A stretch of 64,000 nucleotides of DNA, taken from contig CAJBYM010000109.1 of NCBI GenBank assembly GCA_903959815.1, positions 2,229-66,228 on the forward strand, written 5' to 3'. This document shows, in pieces, positions 50,168 through 59,502 of the stretch. The notes under the pieces are model-generated. The model did not search any database and was not told the origin of the DNA. It saw nothing but the letters and a program-made list of their open reading frames with translations. Within the stretch, counting starts at the first letter, position 1. Each line of letters begins with the position of its first letter. A program made the translations under genes and the position numbers. This DNA is from Candidatus Omnitrophota bacterium. GTDB lineage: Bacteria > Omnitrophota > Gorgyraeia > Zapsychrales > Fredricksoniimonadaceae.

Positions 50168-50647
50168 TTAAGCAAGCCGGGATTCCTTGATCTTGAGCAA
50201 TTTTTCAAGATGTCCCTCTTCTTCCTTAAGGATCTTTTTAAAGACTTCCTGCACAGCGGAAGGACAAAGCCCTGCGATCTCCGTATAAATACGAACCGCC
50301 ATTCTTTCATTCTCAATGCCAATATGTAAGGCTTTACTGAGATCCAAAGAATTGATCTCCATTGGTTCAGATCCGGTCATGGACTTTTTCAAACCATCGA
50401 GCATCCTGTTTAATATTTCCACAAAGTTGATCGAAGAACTGAAATTCTGGTTCTGCATGGATAAAGACTGTCCGATCCTCGCTAGATCACGTTTATGAAC
50501 GACCTCATCTTCAGCCAAAGACAAAAAGACCTCCTTCACCGCAGGAATATGAGACAGCCGTGCGAGCTTGCGATAAAACATAACACCCGCTTCTTCGACA
50601 TCGATGGCCATGCGTAAGATAAGATCTGCCGATTGTAGCTCAGACAT
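50168..50647 (-). CDS. Rubrerythrin-like/ferritin-like diiron protein
   Basis: Two E..EXXH-type motifs (EDEVVHKRD, EEEGHLEKL). AGGAGG Shine-Dalgarno. Confidence 0.65.
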   Translation of the reverse strand: MSELQSADLILRMAIDVEEAGVMFYRKLARLSHIPAVKEVFLSLAEDEVVHKRDLARIGQSLSMQNQNFSSSINFVEILNRMLDGLKKSMTGSEPMEINSLDLSKALHIGIENERMAVRIYTEIAGLCPSAVQEVFKKILKEEEGHLEKLLKIKESRLA

Positions 50648-50890
50648 AAATTCCTCCTTTAACCCGGATTGTGCATTACGCGTTGTTTCTCGATAATAGC
50701 ATTTGCACTAAAATATGCGGTCGCTTTCAAACTGGCCTTCCACAATTTCTAGTCTAGAAAAGGCCCGGGTTCAACCCGCATTACCTCTCCTATTGAAAAA
50801 TGCGGGTTAGAAAATCCCGTGCTCATTCAAGAAAGCGCTGTATTTCTTGTCCGTAAGAAAAACATGCGTGCGCAGCCAACTCACCAGATA

Positions 50891-51214
50891 CTAGGCCATA
50901 TCCATGGCCACATCGGTCTCGGCATCCAGAAATGCATCCAGAAATTGGACGATCTTTTTGCGAAACTCATCATGCTCCATCTTATGCTCATGAAAATCCG
51001 GAAAACCGGCCCTAACCATGAGCCCCTCTTCTGTTTCAAAATGCTTGAGCGTATAATCCAAGAGTCCGGCGAAGATCTTCTGCAGATCTTCTTTTGATTG
51101 CCCACTTCTCACACCAGCATGCAATTGATTAACAAGCGCTAAGAGCTTCTTGTGCTGTTCATCGATCTCGACAACATTAACGGCATACTCCTCTTTCCAG
51201 GGAAATAATTCCAT
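50891..51214 (-). CDS. Hemerythrin-like protein (bacteriohemerythrin)
   Basis: H/HxxxE/H/HxxxD pattern: IDEQHKKL, HFETEEGLM, HEHKMEHDEF. Confidence 0.8.
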   Translation of the reverse strand: MELFPWKEEYAVNVVEIDEQHKKLLALVNQLHAGVRSGQSKEDLQKIFAGLLDYTLKHFETEEGLMVRAGFPDFHEHKMEHDEFRKKIVQFLDAFLDAETDVAMDMA

Positions 51215-51225
51215 AAGCTCTCCTG

Positions 51226-51831
51226 TTATTTTATCATCATCATGACCAGGATGATCCCTTTGCGAACCATCATAACACCGATCGCCGCCAGTAAAAGGTA
51301 CATCACCTTCGATAAAGCCCTCGCTCCACTGATGCCGATGAGACGGATCAGTTTATCCGCGGATAAAAGCACCACGGCAATAATAATCAGATTAGCCAGA
51401 ACAGCGATCAACGTAACCGCCCAGCCATATTGATTCATGAGCATCAAAGCCATCGTCAAAACCGCAGGCCCGACAATGAGTGGCGTACCGATCGGAACAG
51501 CTGCCAGATCCATGGGCTTGAACTTTCGTGTTCTGAGTGTTTGGCCCATCAGATCCACCATCGATAAACAAAAAAGGATAAGCCCGCCCGCGATCATGAA
51601 ATCACCCATGCTGATGCCAAGAAAGTTAAAAATGACCTGGCCAAGAAAGATGAAACTGATCGCAAGGACGGTTGCGGTCAGAATCGACTGGACGATGATC
51701 TTGCGCTTTTCAAAGGACGTCAACCCCTGGGTCAAGCCGGCAAATATAGGAAGAACTCCCAAAGAATCCATCGCAAAGAACATCGGAATAAACGCCAAAA
51801 GGATATCATTGATCATATCAACGCCTTTCAC
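51226..51831 (-). CDS. MarC-family (UPF0056) membrane protein
   Basis: Six TM helices, MarC pattern. Confidence 0.8.
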   Translation of the reverse strand: MKGVDMINDILLAFIPMFFAMDSLGVLPIFAGLTQGLTSFEKRKIIVQSILTATVLAISFIFLGQVIFNFLGISMGDFMIAGGLILFCLSMVDLMGQTLRTRKFKPMDLAAVPIGTPLIVGPAVLTMALMLMNQYGWAVTLIAVLANLIIIAVVLLSADKLIRLIGISGARALSKVMYLLLAAIGVMMVRKGIILVMMMIK

Positions 51832-52028
51832 ATATCATGCCAGAAATACAAAACTGCACATAACCCTACACCCACCACATAAGTCCACACAGTGCTTGTC
51901 ATGATATACGGGAAACCCATGAGAGCCACACCGATCACAAGCACTTTCCAATTACGATTTTTCGTACCATAAACAAACGCTGCAAAGCCAATTGCTCCAA
52001 AGATCAACCCGCCTATGAACTGCGCCAT
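51828..52028 (-). CDS. Small two-TM membrane protein (66 aa)
   Basis: ATG at 52028 preceded by AGGAGAAGGAA. Overlaps the marC start by 4 nt. Confidence 0.45.
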   Translation of the reverse strand: MAQFIGGLIFGAIGFAAFVYGTKNRNWKVLVIGVALMGFPYIMTSTVWTYVVGVGLCAVLYFWHDM

Positions 52029-52044
52029 TTTCCTTCTCCTAAAC

Positions 52045-53784
52045 TCAAACTTTTTCCTTGATAGGCAAAAGAAAATGAAACGCAGAACCCTGACCGAACA
52101 CCGACTCTGCCCAGATCTTACCGGCATGGCGCACAATGATCTCCTTAGAGATCGCCAAACCCAGACCCGTGCCGCCTGACTTCCTGTCGTTTAAGGTAAC
52201 GATCTGCTGAAAACTATGAAAAAGTTTGGGCATATCCTCCAAAGCAATGCCCAAGCCCGTATCCTCGACAACAATATGAACAAAATTCCCATCTTTGCAA
52301 ACACTGATCTTAACATGTCCCTTATCTGTAAATTTGAGCGCATTGCTCACCAGATTCATAAGCACCTGAATGATCTTATCACGATCAAAAATAAATGCCG
52401 GGATCTCCTGTTCACACACCATAAAAAGCTCAAGCTGTTTCTGCTTGGCGATAAGACTCATGGCGCCGATGACTTCCCTGACCACATCACTGATCAGATG
52501 CTCACCCAGATCAAAAGGCATGCGCCCGGATTCCAGCTTTTGAAAATCCAGAACATCATTGATCAATCGGTGCAGACGGTCAGCATTATTCTTAACAATG
52601 TTCAAAAGCCCCCGCTGCTCTGCATTGATATCACCCACAAGCCCGTCGAGAATGATCGCCGCGCCTTCCTTGATAGGCCCGAGCGGCGTGCGCAGCTCAT
52701 GCGAGACCATCGATGTGAACTTGGATTTCATCGCGGCCGCATTCTTCACTTCTTCCTCGGCCCTTTTCTGAAGAATGAGGGCATACAAAATAAAAAGAGC
52801 CAGCACTAACGCTGTCAAAAAAGCAAATCCATAGATCATCAGAAGCGGCCTCAGTGGCCTGTCCATATCACTAAACGCCAAGGCCGCAGGCTGTGTCACA
52901 ACAACACCCCAGCCGTATTCCCGGACCGGCTCGTATGCGGCAACGCTCATCTGACGCTCAACAGGATTATAATTCAAGCCGGCCCCACTCTGGCCTTTCA
53001 AGACCTTCCTGACCACCGGCACTGAGGAGAAATCAATGATCTTCCGCTGAGAATCCAGTTTCGGATGATAAACGATCTGTCCATGCTGATCCACAACATA
53101 AATAAAGTCACCCGCACCGACGTCAACAACCCTCAACCAACGCGAAAAGACATCCATCCGAAATTGCATCTGAAATATCGCGAGGACCTTCTGATCCTGC
53201 TCTGAAAAAGAAGTCTCACCGCCAGCCAGAACCCCTTTGGCTTTAACAGGAATAGATACCGAAACCACATTAACCCCTGGCTCAACCATCTTCTTATAAA
53301 CCTCGGAGACATACGGGCGTCCATTCTTTTTGACCTGCTGATACCAAAGTGTATCCACGCGGCTCTGTCCCAACAGACTGGCGTCCACAAAAGGCATGTC
53401 CGCCTTCACCGTGCCCTCCATATCACAAAGGACCATATGATCTATTTCAGGAAATTGCGGCAGAATGCCTTCAACACGGGCGATGGCCTCGGGCCAATTG
53501 CCCTTTTCCAACTCCTCGATCATCTTGTTACGGGTCGCAACAAAAATACCAAAGTTGGTCACAGCATCCAGGCGTTCATGAATGATGGTCGCGGCGAGAA
53601 AAGCCAATGCTTTCTTACGGCTTAAGACATTCTCGGCCATATGAGCAGATGTCTCGGCGTAATTGAACCATCCCAAGAAAGCAATGGGCGCCAAGAAAAG
53701 AAACAAGAAAACCGCGCGATAAAACAGGACATTGCGCCCGCCCACCAATCGGTCCGCTAACTGCCTCATAAAACTTGCTTTCAT
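52045..53784 (-). CDS. Cache-domain sensor histidine kinase
   Basis: TM, periplasmic dCache-like region, TM, H-box MVSHELRTPL, HATPase_c. Confidence 0.85.
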   Translation of the reverse strand: MKASFMRQLADRLVGGRNVLFYRAVFLFLFLAPIAFLGWFNYAETSAHMAENVLSRKKALAFLAATIIHERLDAVTNFGIFVATRNKMIEELEKGNWPEAIARVEGILPQFPEIDHMVLCDMEGTVKADMPFVDASLLGQSRVDTLWYQQVKKNGRPYVSEVYKKMVEPGVNVVSVSIPVKAKGVLAGGETSFSEQDQKVLAIFQMQFRMDVFSRWLRVVDVGAGDFIYVVDQHGQIVYHPKLDSQRKIIDFSSVPVVRKVLKGQSGAGLNYNPVERQMSVAAYEPVREYGWGVVVTQPAALAFSDMDRPLRPLLMIYGFAFLTALVLALFILYALILQKRAEEEVKNAAAMKSKFTSMVSHELRTPLGPIKEGAAIILDGLVGDINAEQRGLLNIVKNNADRLHRLINDVLDFQKLESGRMPFDLGEHLISDVVREVIGAMSLIAKQKQLELFMVCEQEIPAFIFDRDKIIQVLMNLVSNALKFTDKGHVKISVCKDGNFVHIVVEDTGLGIALEDMPKLFHSFQQIVTLNDRKSGGTGLGLAISKEIIVRHAGKIWAESVFGQGSAFHFLLPIKEKV

Positions 53785-53810
53785 CCAGGCTCCTTCTTAA
53801 ACACGCACAG

Positions 53811-54185
53811 CTATGAATTATTCCTATCCAAAACCGCATGGATCGCACGGATAAGCTCATTGCCATCGTAAGGCTTTTCCATATACCCCACAACACCCTC
53901 TGCCAACATCCTTCGCTTGAGCTCAGCATCCGTTGACGCTGTAAGAACCAAGACCGGTGTGAAACTTGTCTTGGATGACATCTTTAAATTCTTGAGGGTC
54001 GCTTCTCCACCGCCCCCGGGTAGCATAAGATCTAAAATAATAAGATCAGGCGCCTCACTCTTGGCGAGGGTCAACCCCTGATAAGCATCCAGGGCCCAAA
54101 TGACCTGAAAACCGCTCTTGGCCAGACGTGCCTGTAAAACATCGGCCACTGATTCATCATCTTCCACGATCAAGATCTTTTTCAT
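53811..54185 (-). CDS. Single-domain response regulator (CheY-like receiver)
   Basis: MKKILIVEDD...DLIILDLMLPG...K. Confidence 0.9.
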   Translation of the reverse strand: MKKILIVEDDESVADVLQARLAKSGFQVIWALDAYQGLTLAKSEAPDLIILDLMLPGGGGEATLKNLKMSSKTSFTPVLVLTASTDAELKRRMLAEGVVGYMEKPYDGNELIRAIHAVLDRNNS

Positions 54186-54260
54186 GATCCGCTCCTATTT
54201 TTAAGTCCAAGGCTCATGCTCATAATAATACCTCTGACCAACAAACCAATGAATATTTTC

Positions 54261-56198
54261 TCACGCTTCCAATGACAGGAATTCCGCTTTCATGGCTTCA
54301 AGAAGCTCCCAACGTTCATACGCAACAAGGATCTCTGCTTCCAAAGCCTCAGACTGCGCTTCGGTGCGGGTGATCTCTTTCGGATCTCTTTGATAAAACG
54401 CAACATCAGCCAATAGCGTATAAAGCTCTGCCTGTTCTAATTCCAATTTCTCGATCTTGCCCGGAAGGATCTCAAGCTCTCGCTCTTCTTTATACGAAAG
54501 TTTACGCGGAACCCGCGGCTTTTGCATCCGGAATGTTCCTTTTGAACGCGAGGCTCCATCGGCAGGCTTGACCTTAAGCGCATTCTCTTTAACCTGCGAC
54601 TGCCAATCATCATAGCCACCCGGATATTCATTAACCTCGCCTTCACCCTCGAGAACAATCGTTGAAGTCACCACATTATTCAAGAAAGCACGGTCATGGC
54701 TGACCAGAAGCAGTGTCCCAGAATAATCTGAAAGCAATTCTTCCAAAAGCTCCAGCGTCTCAATATCAAGATCATTGGTCGGTTCATCCATAACAAGCAC
54801 ATTCGATGGCCGTGTAAAAAGCCGTGCCAGCAAAAGACGATTGCGCTCTCCGCCCGACAAAACCTTGACCGGCGTACGCGCACGATCCGGCGGAAAAAGA
54901 AAATCCTGCAAATATCCGATAACATGCCTGGGCTTGCCATTGATGGTTACCGTATCTGACGTGCCGCAAACATTCTCTGCCACCGTCTTTTCCTCATCAA
55001 GCTGTTCACGCAACTGATCATAATAAGCGATCTCTAAGTTGGTCCCGTGGCGTGACGTCCCTTTGCTCGGCTGCATTTTCCCCAGCAGAATACGCAACAA
55101 CGTTGTCTTCCCCGAACCATTAGGTCCAATGACACCGATCTTGTCACCCCGCATAATATTCGTTGAGAAATCCCGGATCAAACAATTCTCGCCATAGCTC
55201 TGACCGATGCGTGACGCTTTAATCACAAGATGCCCCGACGGGTCTGTTTCCTGCGCCCTGAACTTAACCTGGCCAATGGCCTGACGCTGGGCCTGCCTCT
55301 CAATGCGCATGCGCTCCAATGCCTTGACGCGACCTTCATTACGACAACGCCGCGCCTTAACACCCTGACGGATCCAGATCTCTTCCTGAGCCAGTTTCTT
55401 TTGAAAATCATGACGCTGTGACTCTTCATTCTCCAGCGCCATTTGCTTGCGCTCAAGAAACGTTGTGTAATCACACGACCAGCTCATCAGTCGGCCCCGG
55501 TCGATCTCCATGATCTTGGTCGCAATATTGGCCATGAACTGCCGATCATGTGTCACAAAGAATACCGTGCCAGGATAATTCTTCAAGAAGCCCTCAAGCC
55601 AATCAATGGAATCAATATCCAAATGATTGGTCGGCTCATCCAAAAGAAGAACATCGGGTTTGAGCACCAAAGCGCGCGCTAAAAGGACACGGCGTTTTTG
55701 TCCGCCGGATAATGTCTCAAAATCACTGTCCGGATCCAGTTTCATTTTGGAAATAACATGTTCGATCTGATTATTGATCTCCCATCCGTTGGTCCGGTCA
55801 AGCTCGGTCTGTAAAAGATCAAGCTTACGGATAAGCTCCGGCGTATGCTCAGTATGAAGCCGATGGCTCACATGATGATAATCGCTCAAAAGCGTGGCAC
55901 GCGCGCCCAATCCTGAAAGAACAACGTCAAACACACTGCCCGTGATACCACCCGGAACTTCCTGTGGCAAATGCGCCACCTGAACTCCCTTCTGAAAGCT
56001 GACAATCCCGTCATCTACACCGATCTGCCCGGCCATGACCTTCATTAAAGTGGTCTTGCCCGTGCCGTTACGACCCAAAAGAGCAACACGCTCGCCAGGT
56101 TCAAGCTGAAGGCTCATCCGATCAAAAAGAAGCGGTCCGCCAAAAGCCAAGGAAATTTCTTGAAGACTAATGTAAGCCATAATTATCCCGTGATCCAT
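54261..56198 (-). CDS. ABC-F family ATPase (Uup/YheS-like)
   Basis: Two ABC cassettes (GRNGTGKTT, GPNGSGKTT), a linker, and a C-terminal coiled coil. An alternative start is at 56180. Confidence 0.9.
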   Translation of the reverse strand: MDHGIIMAYISLQEISLAFGGPLLFDRMSLQLEPGERVALLGRNGTGKTTLMKVMAGQIGVDDGIVSFQKGVQVAHLPQEVPGGITGSVFDVVLSGLGARATLLSDYHHVSHRLHTEHTPELIRKLDLLQTELDRTNGWEINNQIEHVISKMKLDPDSDFETLSGGQKRRVLLARALVLKPDVLLLDEPTNHLDIDSIDWLEGFLKNYPGTVFFVTHDRQFMANIATKIMEIDRGRLMSWSCDYTTFLERKQMALENEESQRHDFQKKLAQEEIWIRQGVKARRCRNEGRVKALERMRIERQAQRQAIGQVKFRAQETDPSGHLVIKASRIGQSYGENCLIRDFSTNIMRGDKIGVIGPNGSGKTTLLRILLGKMQPSKGTSRHGTNLEIAYYDQLREQLDEEKTVAENVCGTSDTVTINGKPRHVIGYLQDFLFPPDRARTPVKVLSGGERNRLLLARLFTRPSNVLVMDEPTNDLDIETLELLEELLSDYSGTLLLVSHDRAFLNNVVTSTIVLEGEGEVNEYPGGYDDWQSQVKENALKVKPADGASRSKGTFRMQKPRVPRKLSYKEERELEILPGKIEKLELEQAELYTLLADVAFYQRDPKEITRTEAQSEALEAEILVAYERWELLEAMKAEFLSLEA

Positions 56199-56326
56199 AA
56201 ATGTGATTTGTTACTGGAAGCAAAAATAAAGACATGCACTTATCCGCGTGCCTGAAACCCAGGCTACAGCAGAAAAGTGCATGTCCCAAGATCAATCCGC
56301 GACGTTAGTCCCACCAAGATCAGGAA

Positions 56327-56428
56327 CTATTTCTCATCTTTTTTCTTTTGCAACTCCAAAACCTTGAACAACAAAAACCCGATGATTATCGCCTGGATCA
56401 AAACCGCTGTTTCTAAAAATGCGATCAT
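56327..56428 (-). CDS. Candidate 33-aa single-TM peptide downstream of the SPFH gene
   Basis: AAGGAG, a 6-nt spacer, then ATG at 56428. Product is MIAFLETAVLIQAIIIGFLLFKVLELQKKKDEK. Confidence 0.3.
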   Translation of the reverse strand: MIAFLETAVLIQAIIIGFLLFKVLELQKKKDEK

Positions 56429-56446
56429 GTCCTACTCCTTGTTTTA

Positions 56447-57502
56447 TTATTTTACAGATTCACTCGTACTGCTGAACATACCTTTAAAGATCCCGTTCAA
56501 ATCCATCAAACTGGTTGAATTCTGCCCGATCGGCACCGCGAAAACTCTGAATTTGTCCGGAATGTTCTCCGCGAACTTAAGCGCCACAACGTTCTGCCCG
56601 CCGCCCAAAGCTTCGGCCTGCAATCTTTTACCTTCAGCATCCGCTTTCCAATTCGCCAATTTACCTGCCGCTTCTTGTTCAAGCTTATAACGTTCGGCAT
56701 CCGCTTCGATCTTCGCAGACTGAGCACGACCTTCGGCATCCTGGATCGCCTTAAGTTTGCTGCCACGCGCCTCGGCTTCCTGCCGCTTGGCTTCTTCTTC
56801 CTGTGCTAAAGCCCGATTCTTATTGATCTCAACCTGCTGCGCAGCAAGTTTCTTCTGCTCAATAGCCCGCTCGAACTCAGGACTAAACGCAAAATGACGA
56901 ATGAGCGCATCCTGGATCTGGATCGCCGGGAACTTGGCGACAGCACCCTGCAAACGTGTCGCGATCTCTTTCTGGATCACATCACGGACCTTGCCACTAT
57001 AAATCTCTTCAGCTGTATAACTTCCGATCGCAATACGCGCCTCAGAACGGATCTGCGGCAAAAGGATCTGATCTTCATAATTAGGCCCGATCGACTGGTG
57101 CAAGACCGGGACTTCATTGCCTTTAAGCGCATAAAGGATGGTCAGATCAACACGAATATTTTGCCCGTCATTGGTCTTAAGATCAAGGGTATACGTATCA
57201 CTGCCTTCGCTCTTGGCCACATCACTGGGAAACGCGCGCGCCGCGACATGATAAACCACAATATCCGTCGAAACTTTATTAAACACATGATACCCGACAC
57301 CCCGGGGAAGTTCGATCACCTTACCCTGGACCTTATCCACCTCAACGCCCACCTCCGTGGGCTTAATATCCACGATCCCAATAAACATCCAAAACCCCAG
57401 CATGATCACAATGATCACACCTGTAAAAAACATAGACCCCTTGTTCATACCATGCCCCTCCGATTTAAAATTATCAAAAAAATCCTGGATTTGCTCCCAC
57501 AT
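56447..57502 (-). CDS. SPFH/band-7 (prohibitin/HflC-like) membrane protein
   Basis: N-terminal TM helix, SPFH domain, C-terminal coiled coil (EEAKRQEAEARG...). Confidence 0.85.
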   Translation of the reverse strand: MWEQIQDFFDNFKSEGHGMNKGSMFFTGVIIVIMLGFWMFIGIVDIKPTEVGVEVDKVQGKVIELPRGVGYHVFNKVSTDIVVYHVAARAFPSDVAKSEGSDTYTLDLKTNDGQNIRVDLTILYALKGNEVPVLHQSIGPNYEDQILLPQIRSEARIAIGSYTAEEIYSGKVRDVIQKEIATRLQGAVAKFPAIQIQDALIRHFAFSPEFERAIEQKKLAAQQVEINKNRALAQEEEAKRQEAEARGSKLKAIQDAEGRAQSAKIEADAERYKLEQEAAGKLANWKADAEGKRLQAEALGGGQNVVALKFAENIPDKFRVFAVPIGQNSTSLMDLNGIFKGMFSSTSESVK

Positions 57503-57548
57503 GAACTTTCTCCTTTAACTTTTATTCAATCCCATAAATGGATACGGA

Positions 57549-58022
57549 TCAACCTGCGGACTGCTGTTCCCGCAACATGGCCTGAATAATACCCCGATGC
57601 ATTTTACTATCCTGAACAAGCCTCGCAAAAATAAGCTGCAACTTGCTCGTACCCCCCTGAACAACGTCAAAATACGATCTTTCGATCAAGCTGTCCTCAA
57701 GGTCCTTGGCGATGGATAAAACCGCAAGTAAAGACGGCTTCTTACGCTTCACACTCTCGATCTCCCGTTGAACATAGTTCATGACAAAATCAATGGCCTG
57801 AACAGAAAATTTTTCATTGTACTGGATATCTCCGCCCTGCTCCATCATATCCCGAAGACCTCTTAAGATCTTCGCATGTTTACGCTCTTCCGCAACAAGG
57901 TCTTCCCAAAAACGACGATGCTCAGGAAATTCCTGGGCATAAAAACCATAGAGATCGCCGACTAAATCCTCATTCACGGCCATCTTTTCAATCGCATGCA
58001 ACGGATCATTATCCTGTGACAT
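57549..58022 (-). CDS. Ferritin-like superfamily protein (tentative)
   Basis: Helical protein with an EERKH motif. ATG at 58022 with a GGGAG/AAGGGA Shine-Dalgarno. The track start at 58049 is a TTG. Confidence 0.5.
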   Translation of the reverse strand: MSQDNDPLHAIEKMAVNEDLVGDLYGFYAQEFPEHRRFWEDLVAEERKHAKILRGLRDMMEQGGDIQYNEKFSVQAIDFVMNYVQREIESVKRKKPSLLAVLSIAKDLEDSLIERSYFDVVQGGTSKLQLIFARLVQDSKMHRGIIQAMLREQQSAG

Positions 58023-58045
58023 TTTTATCCCTTCTCTCCCGATGA

Positions 58046-58756
58046 TCAAAACGACCAGTTAAGAAGCACCATGAATTCCATGGGTTCTTTATCCGCATTA
58101 TAATTGGCAAGGCCTATCTGCAAGCCATCCAAAGAATCCGTCCCGTTCACAAGGCCGATCTGAACACCGTGCATTTCCTTGGCGTAATTCCAGATCCCGC
58201 CTACCTGAACACCTTTCATCGTTCCATCAACATGATTCACAGCCCCTGACTGCAAACCCGAAAAGTCACCTTTGATGATATTCAAACCTCCAACCTGATA
58301 GCCTGTAAAACGACCGCTCACAACATTAACAACACCAAACTCAATACCATGAAAAAAGCCTTCGTTCCAATTAAAAACTCCCAGCTGCACACCCGTCGTA
58401 TCGGCTTTCTTAAGATTGATCACAGCTGCGTCTATTCCCACAGAACGGCCTGCCGCATAATCTAAAAGGCCAACCTTGATGCCCTGGGATACACCGTCGG
58501 TCCAATTCACAGTGCCCAATTCGATACCTTTCATATCACCCGTTGTCTGATTCCACACGCCCAGGGAAATCCCTTGGATCTCTTGACTGCGGGAATACGG
58601 GATGCTCAATCTTAAACCAACAATGGCGTCTTGTGCCGGCGCTATCTGAACAGGGTTAAAGATCCCCACCTGAAGCGGTTTTGTATCCTGTGCGAACGTT
58701 AAACCTGCAAAGCCACAAAGAAAAATAACGCATAGTGCTAAAATCTTCTTCACCAT
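58046..58756 (-). CDS. Secreted protein made of about 11 tandem 15-residue repeats
   Basis: Signal peptide MVKKILALCVIFLCGFAGLTFA (ATG 58756, GGAGG Shine-Dalgarno). Repeats GISLGVWNQTTGDMK / GIELGTVNWTDGVSQ / GVQLGVFNWNEGFFH and so on. C-terminal NWSF. Confidence 0.7.
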   Translation of the reverse strand: MVKKILALCVIFLCGFAGLTFAQDTKPLQVGIFNPVQIAPAQDAIVGLRLSIPYSRSQEIQGISLGVWNQTTGDMKGIELGTVNWTDGVSQGIKVGLLDYAAGRSVGIDAAVINLKKADTTGVQLGVFNWNEGFFHGIEFGVVNVVSGRFTGYQVGGLNIIKGDFSGLQSGAVNHVDGTMKGVQVGGIWNYAKEMHGVQIGLVNGTDSLDGLQIGLANYNADKEPMEFMVLLNWSF

Positions 58757-58793
58757 ACATCCTCCCCTGATAACCGTTAATAAATTCTTCACT

Positions 58794-59144
58794 TTAATCA
58801 ACATTGCCCTGCATGTGCTCCATAATATGAATACCCTGGTTTTTGTAACGCGGGATCAAATGAAGATGTGCATGCATGACCAGCTGACCTGCTGTTTTTC
58901 CGCAATTGGCCCAAAGATTATATCCATCCGGACTTAATTCTTTCTGCAACAAAGCTTCCATTTCCAACATCAGATCATACATCGCTTTATATTCCAACGG
59001 CGTCACATCAAAGATCCTTTCCACATGCCTGTAGGGAATGATCAATGCGTGCCCCGGAGAAACAGGATTAATATCATAAACTGTATACGCCAGTTCATTT
59101 TGAAGAACTTTGGGAAGACGCGAGCAAAATGTACAACCTACCAT
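58794..59144 (-). CDS. HIT-family (histidine triad) hydrolase
   Basis: HAHLHLIPR histidine triad. AGGAGG Shine-Dalgarno. Confidence 0.85.
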   Translation of the reverse strand: MVGCTFCSRLPKVLQNELAYTVYDINPVSPGHALIIPYRHVERIFDVTPLEYKAMYDLMLEMEALLQKELSPDGYNLWANCGKTAGQLVMHAHLHLIPRYKNQGIHIMEHMQGNVD

Positions 59145-59502
59145 AAAGACCTCCTTTGAGCTTCTTAAATATTATTTTCTCATACTGTTACTATCGAGAA
59201 AACCTAAGAAATGATTATGTCACAAAGGATTAAAACTTCAATAAAATTAGGATGATGAACAGAGGCTCACTTATAACCATGAGGCCCGATAGGAAAAGGA
59301 TGCTATAATATTAATTATTTACTAATTTAAAAGGAGTCATTATTAAACCATCCACAACTTCACGCCCAGGCAGAAAATGCCAAACCCCTCACTGCAAACA
59401 TGTGTTAAGTATTTATAATCATGATCTGCATTGCCACGCATGTTCCATTCAACAGCCAAGGGATAAAGTCCGGACAAAATAATCGCAACTCTCCAGAATT
59501 GT

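Noticed and set aside
50764-50790. tRNA T-arm-like GGGTTCAACCCGC
   Set aside because: No acceptor stem, anticodon arm or CCA context. It is part of the simple hairpin described above.
56277-56690. Plus-strand 137-aa ORF overlapping the SPFH gene
   Set aside because: Antisense to a well-supported SPFH CDS, with no motifs. An antisense artefact.
59340-59480. Cys/His-rich zinc-ribbon-like frame (CQTPHC...HCHAC) in the ADH-HIT intergenic region
   Set aside because: No ATG, GTG or TTG start with an appropriate Shine-Dalgarno spacing. It would need an ATT start, so it is probably non-coding.
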